This document shows positions 31,960-45,179 of a stretch of DNA of 64,000 bases, piece after piece. A program made the position numbers and the translations under genes. Within the stretch, counting starts at the first letter, position 1; each line of letters opens with the position of its first letter. Under the pieces are notes generated by a model. That model saw only the letters and a program-made list of their open reading frames with translations. It was not told the origin of the DNA and did no database searches. The DNA lies in assembly GCA_964016885.1 (NCBI GenBank), contig OZ024743.1, forward strand, positions 303,986,001-304,050,000. Reading direction: 5' to 3'. The stretch is from Eledone cirrhosa. Taxonomy: Eukaryota.

Positions 31960-32110
31960 CGGACAGGATGGAGAACGTGTCCCCCCGGTGGACGGCAAGT
32001 GTGACGCGCTGGAAAAGCCATTCCAGCGGCTGGCCAGCTCAGCGCCTATGGTGGTGAGTAGGGAGGTAGCCCTAGGGCCGAAGACACCAGATGTCTCCAC
32101 AGCCAAGGGT
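31960..32110 (-). mobile_element. CRE-clade non-LTR retrotransposon C-terminal fragment
   Basis: PLAVETSGVFGPRATSLLTTIG, then after a frameshift WLFQRVTLAVHRGNTFSILSA. Confidence 0.7.
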
Positions 32111-32140
32111 ATATATCTATATATATGTACATACACACAC

Positions 32141-32175
<35 letters not shown>

Positions 32176-32192
32176 CATATATTTATATATAT

Positions 32193-32376
32193 AATTGTTT
32201 CTACTGTTGGCACAAGGCCAGCAATTATCCAGTACATTACTGGTACTTTATTTTATCGACCCCATAAGGATGAAAGACAAAGTTAACCTCGGCGGGATTT
32301 GAACTCAGTCCGTAAAGGGCCGTGACTATGCTGCAAAGCATGGCATCCGACACTCTACCGATACTGCCAATCCACC
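32193..32376 (-). mobile_element. tRNA-derived SINE (family A)
   Basis: Full-length match to 3121-3306. Confidence 0.85.
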
Positions 32377-32429
32377 GCACTCCATGCATATTATGTATAT
32401 ATTTATATATATATAATGTATACATATAT

Positions 32430-32567
32430 GTATGGACACACTGGAAAGGATGACTATGACCAAGGTTAACGTATGTTGATGCCCTAAGGACAGACACTGG
32501 TCTGTTGGAGACGCAGGACATGGCAGCGATAATGAAGGACTGAGACCGCTGGAGAGAACTCGTCCAT
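32430..32567 (+). mobile_element. RTE-like LINE C-terminal fragment
   Basis: PRLTYVDALRTDTGLLETQDMAAIMKD*DRWRELV resembles RTE/RTE-X C-termini. Confidence 0.55.
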
Positions 32568-33184
32568 GGAAATTTCATTTCTATTACAGCGTTCCTTTGT
32601 CAGTGTTGAACAAACGAGCAACGATGGTTTCTGGACACTTAATACGGGATGTGTGTTTACAAACACACCGAGCATTATAATAAATGTTCGGTGAATCCAT
32701 ACGTACATATATATAAATATGTGTGCATGTATGTATATATATATACATACTACTGTACGTCTGTATACATATATGTATGTACGTGTTCATACTTATATTT
32801 AAGTAACAGCCGTACCAACAGTGGGAAATGAAATTTCGTTTCATTTTTTCCGTTTCTCGTTTTCGGTGCACCCGGCCGATTAACCCACTCGATATGCAAA
32901 TTGGGCTACTCAGCCGTTAACATGCATAAGATAAGTATATACATTCAACAATCTGGCAAGAAGGTATACGTTGCTGACGATAGCTAATAAGCTTGAAACT
33001 AGTACATCGTTCCTTTGTCAGTGTTGAACAAACGAGCAACTATGGTTGCTGGACACTACGGCTTAATACGGGATGTTTGTTTACATACACACCGAGCATC
33101 ATAAAAAATGTTCGGTGAATCCATACGTACATATATATATGCGTGCATGTATGTATATATATATACACACTACTGTACGTCTGT

Positions 33185-33190
<6 letters not shown>
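32568..33190 (+). mobile_element. Retrozyme-like tandem (418-nt unit, ~1.4 copies)
   Basis: CGTTCCTTTGTCAGTGTTGAACAAACG at 32590 and 33008; diverged homologue of 39727-41292. Confidence 0.7.
32968..33010 (+). ncRNA. Minimal type I hammerhead ribozyme
   Basis: acgttg-CTGACGA-t-agct(aata)agct-t-GAAA-ctag-TA-catcgt. Confidence 0.75.
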
Positions 33191-33237
<47 letters not shown>

Positions 33238-33315
33238 TATATACATATCGTAGGTATTTCTTCGCATTACAGACCATATACCTCAAGCTAGGGTGAAGCA
33301 ATAGCTAAAATAAAT

Positions 33316-33360
<45 letters not shown>

Positions 33361-33462
33361 GACGTAAAATAAGAAAATTATAAAAATTAACTTACTTACT
33401 AAAATTTCACTCCAATTATATATAATCTCTATATATATATATAGGTATGTATATATTTATAA

Positions 33463-33513
<51 letters not shown>

Positions 33514-33525
33514 ATATAGAATTCA

Positions 33526-33617
<92 letters not shown>

Positions 33618-33686
33618 GGTATATTTACACCCCCCCCCACATATATATGTGTATATAATATATATTTACATATATATATATATACA

Positions 33687-34585
33687 CTAGCAGTGTTACT
33701 CGGCGTTTCACGGGATAAGCTATTTCAGAACGCGGGCCGCCAACAGACCTAATCGTGGAAAAACTGCATGCCTGGACAATATGTAAAGAAAATAAACCGA
33801 ATACTCTGATGGCTGGATAATCTTTAAGATTTTCCTCGATGAAGTAGAAAAAATGCAGATTTTGACCTAGAGGATCATGAAATAATTTTTTTTTATGTTC
33901 ATAATAGTCCTTGAAATTTCAGCAAAATCGGCTAGACGTAGCGCCTCCAAAAAGCCCTAAAAAGCTGAAAAGATGAAGTGTTTCATATAATGCGGTCCCT
34001 AGGCCATAAACATTTGGATTTTCTTTGCTCACGGAATGAAGAAATTACACAGTTAAAATTTCAACGAAATCGGTCTGACGTAACGCCTCAAAAAAACCCT
34101 AAAAACCTTAAAAAACGCAGTTTTTCACCTAATGCGGGTGCTAGGAGATGAAAAAGTTGAATTGTTTATGTGAATAATACTCCCTGAAACATAAGTAACA
34201 CACATGTAAAGTTTGAAAAAAATCCGTTGGGTACTTCTTAAGTTTTAGGGATTCAAACTCACAGACACACACACACACAAATAGAGACAGACATCCTCAG
34301 GGAAGTGACATAATGCAGACAGCCAGACATACAGACGGATTTTAAAAGGCACGACGTTATACGTATGTATCTATCTAAAAAGAGAAAGACTAACGATTAT
34401 AGAGAAAGATCGCTAAATCGCCTAATGCGGTCCCTATGACATGGACAATTTGAATTTTTTTTTTGCTTAGAACACTCCCTGTTACATGTGTAAAGTTTGA
34501 AAACAGTCAGTTGCGTGCTTCGCGAGTTTCAGGGATTCAAACTCACACACACACAGACAGACATCCTCAGTTTTATATATATAGA
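33687..34585 (-). mobile_element. Non-autonomous Helitron
   Basis: Minus strand: A|TCTATATATATAAAACTGAGG ... CCCGTGAAACGCCGAG-TAACACTG-CTAG|T; internal diverged duplication. Confidence 0.78.
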
Positions 34586-35754
34586 TATATAAATACGTAT
34601 ATATTAATTTTAGAAGTTAGCACTTAATCTGTCTTGCACATTTATCTCCTCTTGATTGACATTAGGAAACTCAACTTTCACTTTATATCTCAGTGTTTGC
34701 TGTCAATATAAATCTTTCCGTTTCATTTTATTACCAATTTTATTATCATTATTTTTTTCTCCTCTAACTATGATTTTCTTTACCTGGAATAGAGTGGAAA
34801 GGTTGTAAGTTAAATTTCGCTTCCAGACAACTTTAGATTAGGATCTTTTTATATATGATGGTTTATATATTTCTGAGTATGCGTTAAGATTTTCACAAAA
34901 TGGGAATTAAAAAAACATACAGAGCAAACATTTCTTGTCAGATGATGTGAACAAGAACAATCTAGTTTCAACATGTTCGCAGTTAATGTGTTTGTATGTA
35001 TTTGCAAACATCTATATACCTATCTAAATATTTATCTAACTATTTACATATCCTTATTGACATTTTCATTTCTCACTGTTAAAACACTCACACACATACA
35101 CACACACGCGCGCACGCACACCTACATACATACAAAAAATCCGCATTACGGATCAAAGGCCATCAATTACGTCTTTAAATTTAAAACTGTAGCTAACATG
35201 TGAACAGCCGTTCGAGTTTAAAAATGTTCGTAAACTGTGAAGTCATAAATGTAGTCATCCCCACTTAAATAGCTACAGTAGTAGTCCATTACTTTATATA
35301 ACGGTTGAGAAAACCGCCTAAAGTGCGCGGAAAAACACGGAATGACGCGCCTGCAAGGAACTGAAAGCCGCATTACTCGAATGCGTTAACGATTACAATA
35401 AGGTTCCTTGACTAAGTATTGCCACATTTTTTCAAAATGTTAAGCCTTTAGCTAAAAGTGTCAACATCCGGTTTACTTAAATAACATTTGAAATTGCAAA
35501 TGTATATTTCCCAAGGTATATGACGATAACAAAATTCGATCACTATAAACAATAATTGAGAAAATCGAGTTAAGTACGCGCTGATACGGAAATATGTAGA
35601 AAGAGGTAAATGCGGGAAATCGAACCTCACATTTCTAGGATGTCGGGTGAGTGCACTAACGTACTTCATTTCTAGTGAAACGATTTTCTCAACTACTACT
35701 TATAGAGATCGGCTATTCTTATAGTAATTCACATTACCACGAATACATTTCACA

Positions 35755-35784
35755 TACACACAGGCGCGCACACGCACACGCACA

Positions 35785-35841
<57 letters not shown>

Positions 35842-35863
35842 ACACATACACACACACACACAC

Positions 35864-35938
<75 letters not shown>
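35755..35938. repeat. (CA)n microsatellite
   Basis: Direct reading. Confidence 0.95.
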
Positions 35939-35940
<2 letters not shown>

Positions 35941-36309
35941 TATATACCTGTTAACTCCATTCACTAAAGTTGATTTTTATTTCTCGGACACAATTCAGCA
36001 TAATCTACTAAAAGGTTATTGGCATATGTAATATTTTAATCTGAAAAAAATATATTAACTATGCAATACGTAGAGAAAATATTTTCGTGTGGTAGTAGAA
36101 AAAAACAAGGGAAATAACCCTGGTACGAACAATATGTAAAATGCACTATTGAAGTATGCTTATTCCCGTTATGTAAATGAATGCCTTCTTCAACAAGAAT
36201 AACCACACAAGAAATGTATACGTGTGTGTCTCTCTCTATCTCACTCACTTCTCTCCACATATCCCTCTCAATAACTTTCCATCTCTTCCTTTCCTCTCCG
36301 CTCTCTCTT

Positions 36310-36397
<88 letters not shown>

Positions 36398-36530
36398 TCT
36401 TTGTATATATATATATATATTTATACAAGTGGAAGCTTAGTAAAATCGAAGCGTTGGTTGTGGACAAACTAACGACCTAAACTTACGAATGAGCAGCAAA
36501 TTACTCAATAAAGTTGCAGGCCTTAGGGTA

Positions 36531-36701
36531 ATAACTGTTTCTACTTTTGGCAAAAGGCCAGCAATTAACCAGTGCATTACTGGTACTTTATTTTATCTAC
36601 CCCGTAAGGATGAAAGGCAAAGTTAACTTCGGCGGGATTTGAAATCAGAATGGCAAGGGCCGTAACTCTATACGTCAAAGCATGGCGTGCGACCCTCTAC
36701 C
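36531..36701 (-). mobile_element. SINE family A, head truncated
   Basis: Match to other copies; head-to-head with 37039-37218. Confidence 0.8.
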
Positions 36702-37038
36702 TTAGTGTAATAGCATACGTTTAGACAGCTTGACAAATTGAAAATTGCGGCAGAGATACCTAGCCACACAATACCCAAAACAGCGAAAACATTAATCAGG
36801 TTAGACAACTGACCTGAATATATCGAATGATATTTTGCAATACATCCGATAGGTTTCTATGAAATCGAATTCATCCATCCAACTTACGTAATATCTAAAC
36901 CTGTGGTATTCCAGGATCGAACAGAGGATTCACGTCATCAACAGGGAATTTCGTTCTATGCCTCAAGCCGGTGATATATATATATAAGTATAAATATGCC
37001 TGTGTGCGCAAGGACTCCTCTGCATAAGTGTGATTATC

Positions 37039-37218
37039 TGGCAGTATCGGTAGAGGGTCGGACGCCATGCTTTGACACATAGAGTTACGGCCCTTGCCAT
37101 TCTGAGTTCAAATCCCGCCGATGTTAACTTTGCCTTTCATCCTTATGGGGTCGATAAAATAAAGTACCAGTAATACACTGGGTAATTGCCGGCCTTGTGC
37201 CAAAAGTAGAAACAATTA
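37039..37218 (+). mobile_element. SINE family A
   Basis: TGGCAGTATCGGTAGA...GAGTTCAAATCCCGCCG...GTAGAAACAATTA. Confidence 0.85.
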
Positions 37219-37854
37219 TCTTAATCACAGTAAAGTTATTTCTGTTATACTAATGTTTATATAAGACCAATTAACTTCACCTTTGTGTTTGTGTGCTACA
37301 ATCTCCTCGCAGCGACTATAAGTTTCACTGTTAATGTATGTACTTATACGAACTAAACTTCTATTTAGATGTTGTTTCTACGAGAAGTTGAATGTTGTAA
37401 CCATTTCAGTTAAGCCTGCATATTCGTGTCACAGTTAAATGCTATGCATATTTTCAGAAATCTATTCCCTACAATAGTCGTAACAATTATTTCACCATGT
37501 TCATGTAGTAAGTTATATTTCTCTTCTAGTAAAAGAAAGCAACATGTCCTGTGTACCTGATGCCATGTGTACAAAGGATCGTTTTATTGGGAAATAAATG
37601 TAATGTTCTAACAGTTCTAATGCGTTTCTTGTGTATAGGTTTCTCTGTTATATATGATGTGTACATATGCATGTTTTTTTTCTGTAATTATATTAACAAA
37701 ATTAGTCATATCAATGACCTTATTGAGAGTTAATAATTTATGGAACTACCTTTCAAATTCGTCCTTAATCACATTTCATGTTAGCAATGTCTGTTCCAAT
37801 GTCTCTTATACTTTACTAGATACGTTGTATGAAAAACTGATCCACAGTCTAAAT

Positions 37855-38134
37855 CAGAGGTGTGCAACAGACCAGTCACGGTAGCCCGCGTTGACCGATA
37901 ATCCTTATAGGTTTATTTAGAATTCTTTTCGTAACCATAATATAATATGCTGTTAGTTGACCTATACTAAAAGGATTCACTGATAGGTTTATGTGTATTA
38001 TAATTTCCCAGTTCCATGTTATGGAAAGAAGTTGTGGTTAATTTTTGGAATGGTGCTTACTAAATATTAATGGCCCTAATAGTTGTTCCAGTGTTCAAAA
38101 GTGACCCGCCAATGGAGCATATTGCACACCCTTG
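37855..38134. mobile_element. Decayed hAT (Charlie-like) MITE
   Basis: Imperfect TIRs CAGAGGTGTGCAA / TTGCACACCCTTG; flanks resemble an imperfect TCTARA-type 8-bp TSD. Confidence 0.45.
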
Positions 38135-39185
38135 CCTAGATATCCCATAAAAATCTGAAATAATTCATGAAATACGAAAGACCCATCCGTTACAAAAATT
38201 AACAAATATATTTTCTAAAATTGCAGAAGACATATAATTATGTATATATGTGTTGCTTGACACAAAAGATTTCCTCATATGAAGGTTTCCTCAGATTTCC
38301 GCGTAATATTTGCTCACGTAACACATACTAGTAGGTTAATACATCAGTTATGAATTAATATATATTTCACAATATGCAAAATCGCAAATGTTAAAAGTGG
38401 AGTATGCACACAATATTGATTGCTCATTATATGTAAATATCATTTCTGAGTAAGATTTTGGTATTACGATGACTCAAATCGGATTCAATGTCTTCATTAT
38501 TCAACTGATAATAGAACTGGTACTTTCTTCATTTGTAAACAATACATTCTAAAACGATATTACTCCATATTTATTGCGTTTTCAAAATTATATTTCATAT
38601 TACCTACTTCATTCGGATCTTATAATATCTATTTCAAAAAATATAAGTAAATAAAATATATATTCCAGCTACATTTTCCCATTATGTGTTCATACAGTTA
38701 TATTACGTATCGACAGAAACTTATTTAGATATTTAGTTGCTATAGATTTTCGATTATAGTTCATGACCATTTCATACATATGGAGGTATTCCAAGGAAAG
38801 GAAGAACAAATCTTGTTCAAAAGATGAAGTACATCACACAGATTATTCGATATAATATTACTGGGAATAATAGCTCCGAGGCTCGCAATATTAGAGTTTT
38901 TATGAGGATATTAGAGGATTTATGACGAAATTTCGTTGGAAAGGGAAATAGTATAGAACTTCAGGAAACATATTGAAATGGGTGACAGCATGTGTATCAA
39001 TAGAAACGAATGTTTTAGGGGCACTAGCATGTATAGATATTCATGGCTTGTAACGTAACTTCTACGAGAATAATATATTTGAATTGTATGCAAAGTTCAT
39101 TATTGTCTCATTTACAAGGTCAATATATATATGTGTGTGTGTGTGTGTATGTGTGTGTGTACATATAATATATATATATATATAA

Positions 39186-39244
<59 letters not shown>

Positions 39245-39377
39245 GATAAATCTACTAAGAGTTTACGGTAGTGTCCAATCCGTATGAAGAACTCAATGTA
39301 ATCCGGATATCATGGAAAGAAGAGATGCAATGAAAAATCACTTTCGGTGAAAGATAAACGGAATACAGAGTCAAGAT

Positions 39378-39521
39378 AAAATATTAAAAAAATAATGAAT
39401 AAAACAATGAAACAGTTCCTTATATTAAACAAAAAAACAATGAAACAGTTCCTTATATTGAACTTTTTTTGTTTAATATAAGGAACTGTTTCATTGTTTT
39501 ATTCATTATTTTTTTAATATT
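39378..39521. repeat. Short palindrome with internal duplication
   Basis: AATGAATAAAACAATGAAACAGTTCCTTATATTAAAC and its reverse complement; spacer repeats part of the arm. Confidence 0.8.
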
Positions 39522-39540
39522 TTATTTTATATATATATAG

Positions 39541-39639
<99 letters not shown>

Positions 39640-39683
39640 TATATATAATATAGATAGATAAATATATAATGTATATATATATA

Positions 39684-39732
<49 letters not shown>

Positions 39733-40021
39733 TGAAACAAAATGAAAACGAAATTTCATTTCTCACTCTTAGTATGGCACTTACTTAAATGTAAGTATGC
39801 ATGTATACGTACATACATATATGTATACAGAAGTACAGTAGCATGCACATATATATATATATATACATACATATGCATACAGGTACACATACATATATGC
39901 ACGTATCAGTTTAGCGGCGCTAACGTCGCTTTGTTCGTTTGTAAACAAACTGAACAGCCTGAATTTATGCCATACGGTGTTAAGGCAACCACGTCACCTT
40001 TTTGTTCAACACTGACACAGG

Positions 40022-40066
40022 AACGATGTACTAGTTTCAAGCTTGTTAGCTATCATCAGCACCGTT
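40022..40066 (-). ncRNA. Minimal type I hammerhead ribozyme
   Basis: Reverse complement of 41003-41047. Confidence 0.85.
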
Positions 40067-40487
40067 TACCCATCTGCCAGATAGTTGAACGTTCGAAAGT
40101 ATATACTTTCCTTATGAAAATTAACGGCTGAGCAGCCTAATTTGCATATTGAGTGAGTTAAATCGGTCAGGCATACCGAAAACGATAAATTGAAACAAAA
40201 TGAAAACGAAATTTCATTTCTCCCTCTTAGTATGGCACTTACTTAAATGTAAGTATGCATGTACACGTACATACATATATGTATACAGACGTACAGTAGC
40301 ATGCACATATATATATATATATACATATATACATACATATGCATACAGGTACACATACATATATGCACGTATCAGTTTAGCGGCGCTAACGTCGCTTTGT
40401 TCGTTTGTAAACAAACTGAACAGCCTGAATTTATGCCATACGGTGTTAAGGCAACCACGTCACCTTTTTGTTCAACACTGACACAGG

Positions 40488-40532
40488 AACGATGTACTAG
40501 TTTCAAGCTTGTTAGCTATCATCAGCACCGTT
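40488..40532 (-). ncRNA. Minimal type I hammerhead ribozyme
   Basis: Same motif, 466 nt from the 40022 copy. Confidence 0.85.
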
Positions 40533-41002
40533 TACCCATCTGCCAGATAGTTGAACGTTCGAAAGTATATACTTTCCTTATGAAAATTAACGGCTGAGCA
40601 GCCTAATTTGCATATTGAGTGAGTTAAATCGGTCAGGCATACCGAAAACGATAAATTGAAACAAAATGAAAACGAAATTTCATTTCTCACTCTTAGTATG
40701 GCACTTACTTAAATGTAAGTATGCATGTATACGTACATACATATATGTATACAGACGTACAGTAGCATGCACATATATATATATATATACATATATACAT
40801 ACATATGCATACAGGTACACATACATATATGCACGTATCAGTTTAGCGGCGCTAACGTCGCTTTGTTCGTTTGTAAACAAACTGAACAGCCTGAATTTAT
40901 GCCATACGGTGTTAAGGCAACCACGTCACCTTTTTGTTCAGCCGTTAATTTTCATAAGGAAAGTATATACTTTCGAACGTTCAACTATCTGGCAGATGGG
41001 TA

Positions 41003-41047
41003 AACGGTGCTGATGATAGCTAACAAGCTTGAAACTAGTACATCGTT
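41003..41047 (+). ncRNA. Minimal type I hammerhead ribozyme
   Basis: aacggtg-CTGATGA-t-agct(aaca)agct-t-GAAA-ctag-TA-catcgtt; 7-bp stem I, GUA triplet, palindromic CUAG. Confidence 0.85.
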
Positions 41048-41288
41048 CCTGTGTCAGTGTTGAACAAAAAGGTGACGTGGTTGCCTTAACACCGTATGGC
41101 ATAAATTCAGGCTGTTCAGTTTATTTACAAACGAACAAAGCGACGTTAGCGCCGCTAAACTGATACGTGCATATATGTATGTGTACCTGTATGCATATGT
41201 ATGTATATATGTATATATATATATATATATGTGCATGCTACTGTACGTCTGTATACATATATGTATGTACGTATACATGCATACTTAC

Positions 41289-41337
<49 letters not shown>

Positions 41338-41500
41338 TATATATATATACATTATATATTTATCTATCTATATTATATATATCATTCTCTCTCTATATAT
41401 ATATTTATATATATATATATATAATATATATTTATATATATATATATATATAATATATATATATGTGTAATATATATAATATATATATATAATAGGAAAC

Positions 41501-41838
41501 TACAGAGCCGAGTATGATAGAATAGAAAACGAAAGATCAGTGATGAATCTGAACTCAATTTAGTGTGTGTTACAATTATTTCGCCGCCGGACAGCTCGAG
41601 ACGTGATCATTGTGTGGATCTGTTTGATTCTAAACCTGCAGGTTCGACGGGCACGTCTAATGATTTCGGAGCATATTCTCTCACGTCTCGAGCTGCGAAA
41701 CAATTGTAACACAATAAATTGAGTTCAGATGCATCACTGATTTTTCGCTTTCTATTCTATCATACTCTGCTCTGTAAGAGCATAGAGTGCTCAACCCGCA
41801 TACCGCCTATGGAAGCATCTTAGCTACCATCAGACACA
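41501..41838 (+). mobile_element. Short PLE-type end with inverted arm and decayed HHR
   Basis: 41501-41606 inverted versus 41681-41776; CTAATGA...GAAA-caattg-TA; ~60-nt tail; TA-flanked. Confidence 0.65.
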
Positions 41839-41849
41839 TATATATATAA

Positions 41850-44053
41850 GTCCCAGGCCCTTTCCTTAGTCAGCAATTTCTTCCGCAGAGGTTACCCCCC
41901 TCCCTCGTCCACACCGCCCTCACTCGCGCCCGTGCTGTCCACCGCTCCACCACCCTCACCCCACGCCACCGCACACCCTCCCACTGTCTCCCCTTCCCAT
42001 CACCTACCACCCCTCCACCCTACCCCTCCACCGCACCATCATCCGCCTCTTCCGACGACTCCGGCCCGACCCCTCCATCTCCCACATCTTCCTATCCCCA
42101 TCACTCCTCTCCTTCAAACGCACACGCAATCTCCGCACCCTCCTCGTCGGCAGCTCCCTACCCCCAACCCACGCTCTTCTTCCGCCCGGTTCCCTTCGCT
42201 GCACCAGGCCTCGTTTACAACACCTGCCCCCACATCACCAACACCACCACCTTCCAGAGTCCCAACGGCCGCTCTCTCTCTGTCCGGCACGCCTTCCACT
42301 GCACCTCCACCAACCTAACCTATGGACTTAGCTGCACGGAGTGCAGCGCAACCTACGTCGGACAGACTGGACGTCGCCTGGCGGACCGTTTCACCGAACA
42401 CCTCGAGGACATTCGTCTCGGTGGGAGTTCCCCCATCGCCCGCAACTTTGGCTCCCCTGGACATTCCGCGCATCACCTCACAGTCTGTGGCATACTCCAA
42501 TGCCACGGAACAACCGCCATCCGCCTCAGGGTCTAGCAACGCACAATCTTCATCCTACAGACCCACAATCCCCCCGGCCTGAAATCCCCCCGGCCTGAAA
42601 TCCCCACCCCTATTCCTTTAGCTTTCGAACGCCCTACCCCCACCCCCCACCCCCACACACACAGACATATCCCCCACTACACACACCTAACACACTCCTC
42701 CATTTCACCGCCCACCCCCATTGGCCCACCCCACAACTAACAATGCTAACCCCCACACCCCACTACCGACCCTCTCCCGACTAACAATACTAGCATGCCC
42801 ATCCCTCCCTCTATCACGCACACACCCACCGGTACATATATACACGCACTCACACTATCCACACACCCTACCACCACTGACCCCCACTAACACACCCGCA
42901 TTCAACCCTTTCCCCACCACCAGTATACTAACACCCACTAACACCCCCTTCACCACACACACCAGTACACTACACTCCCTCCACCGATCCCCACACCTTT
43001 TCTTTCCCTCTACTCGCTTCACCCACACTCCTTCACACACACACATACCATTAACACCTCTACTAATACATACTCCATGATCCCGCATGACTCCCCCCTC
43101 CACATTTCACACATACCCATCCTCTCCCCTGTCCACCGCACCTCCGCACACACTGACACACCGATTTTCTCCACCTGCCGTTCTCCTCTAATGCTGCTAT
43201 GCCTTGACCCTCTGACCACTTCTTCGCACACACAGCCCTCTCCACCTGTCATTCTCCTCTACCCTCATCCTGCCTTGACCCTCTGACCACTTCCTGTTGC
43301 GCGCGCACCCCACATCTCCCCTGTTCCGACTACCCCAACCACGGATTACGCACCATTGGCCACCGTTCCCACTATCTACTCCATCACATGGAAAATATCT
43401 GGCCGCTCGTCACACCCAGTACGGAACTACCTTAGGAACATACCCACGGATATACACTAAAAAAAACTGTTTTCGAACCACGCCACCTACATCCACAAAA
43501 CGTATAAACACCACACACACGTGCCTAACCCCACATATATACACACTCAGCCTCCGGAATCCTCTCCCCCCTTCCCCACCCATCTGACACCTCCTCATCC
43601 ACACGCACACACACACCGGCCTACACCCCACCCTACATACACACCTTTTCCTGAACATGGAACCTCATTCTTCCCCCAACTCTCACATTCACATACACAC
43701 ACGCACGTACACCTACACACATACACCACCTTCAGCCCTCCCCGCTCGGACACCCCACGTGCCTCTCCCAACTCCACCCGCCACCACCCCTACACACCCT
43801 ACACCCTTCCACCACTTCATGTTTATTTTTATTTTTATTTTTTTTATTATTATTTGTACCCCTTCCACCGTTTTTCCTCCCCCCCTTTTTCTAAATGTCT
43901 CTCCTACACTTCCCTGCACACCCTCGGAACTCTCTTCCCACCCACCTTTCGCCTGAAGAAGGGCTTATGCCCGAAACGTCCCCCCCTCTCAAGAGCGTGA
44001 AACTAATAAACCTTTCTTCGTACTGACTCTCTGTTTTGCTCCCGTTCCATTTT

Positions 44054-44057
<4 letters not shown>
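41850..44057 (+). mobile_element. 5'-truncated Neptune-type PLE: RT thumb, Cys linker, GIY-YIG (~41850-42600), then C/A-rich 3' region
   Basis: Manual translation gives FFRRGYP, ITYHP, FKRTRNLRTLLV and CTSTNLTYGLSCTECSATYVGQTGRRLADRFTEHLEDIR; 3' end has CTGAAGA-a-gggc(ttat)gccc-GAAA-cgtc and AATAAA. Confidence 0.85.
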
Positions 44058-44126
<69 letters not shown>

Positions 44127-44150
44127 ATGTATATATAAACACACACACAC

Positions 44151-44257
<107 letters not shown>

Positions 44258-44260
44258 TAG

Positions 44261-44297
<37 letters not shown>

Positions 44298-44385
44298 GAA
44301 AATATATTTACTCCATTCCACAAACTAATTAGTTGGAAGTGATTTTTTAGTAAGTAAGTTAATTCTATAATTTTCTTATTTTACG

Positions 44386-44424
<39 letters not shown>

Positions 44425-45143
44425 AAAGTAAATCCATAGAATCATTTGATAAAATATATACAGTATTGCTTCTCCCAATCAGCATAGTCAACCACATAAA
44501 AAATCAATTAAACGAGGCTATAAGTGTAGACTGTACCTATGAAGAAACAATAGATAAATAAATGATAGCTATTTTATCTGCGATTCACAGCCACAGAAGA
44601 TTTACCCAGTATTTCTAATAGCCCGTAGAAATTGACTAGACATATAGTTAACCATACACAATTTAGTAGGTTTGTGTAGTTGGTAGGTCGAGTACAGAGT
44701 TAATTATTATAAAATAATAGGCGGCTGGACTGGTGTAAATCCTTGAAAGGTTTATTATACTAAGATCACTTCAATGTCCGGGTTCAGTACGGATCCGGTG
44801 ATATCATCAGGTATTCAAAATATAACAAAGGAATATAACAGATAAAATCCATGGGGCTGAAGATGAGAGACAAGTGAACGACCGACTATTTAGCAGCCTC
44901 TACATCATCGGCCGCCCTCGATATATATATATATATATATGTATATACTCATCGGCATGTATATATATATAAATATATATATAGCATTATGTTATTGCAT
45001 CAATTCTTGGGCCGATGGAACGGTGGAGATCGATGTATGGCCCAACATGGTAGTGGTTAGGTGACTACTCATTGCCGTTCTCAAAGTTCCTGTTCAATCG
45101 GCCGTCCTCCTCTGAAACACTAAATTAAATATTATTTACTAGA

Positions 45144-45179
<36 letters not shown>

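Larger units (their letters stand above)
39727..41292 (-). mobile_element. Retrozyme-like array: ~2.6 tandem 458-466-nt units (minus) joined head-to-head to an inverted partial unit (40938-41292)
   Basis: Unit landmarks at 39742, 40200, 40666; one HHR per complete unit; no credible ORF; (TA)n flanks. Confidence 0.8.

Noticed and set aside
37039-37120. tRNA-like A/B boxes here and in other copies
   Set aside because: SINE heads with conserved body and tail; no complete cloverleaf
38200-39120. Possible PIF/Harbinger transposase relic
   Set aside because: Only faint motif resemblance (VLGALACIDIH); too decayed to support
41932-44000. Pro/His/Thr-rich ORFs
   Set aside because: Off-frame readings of the C/A-rich Neptune-type element
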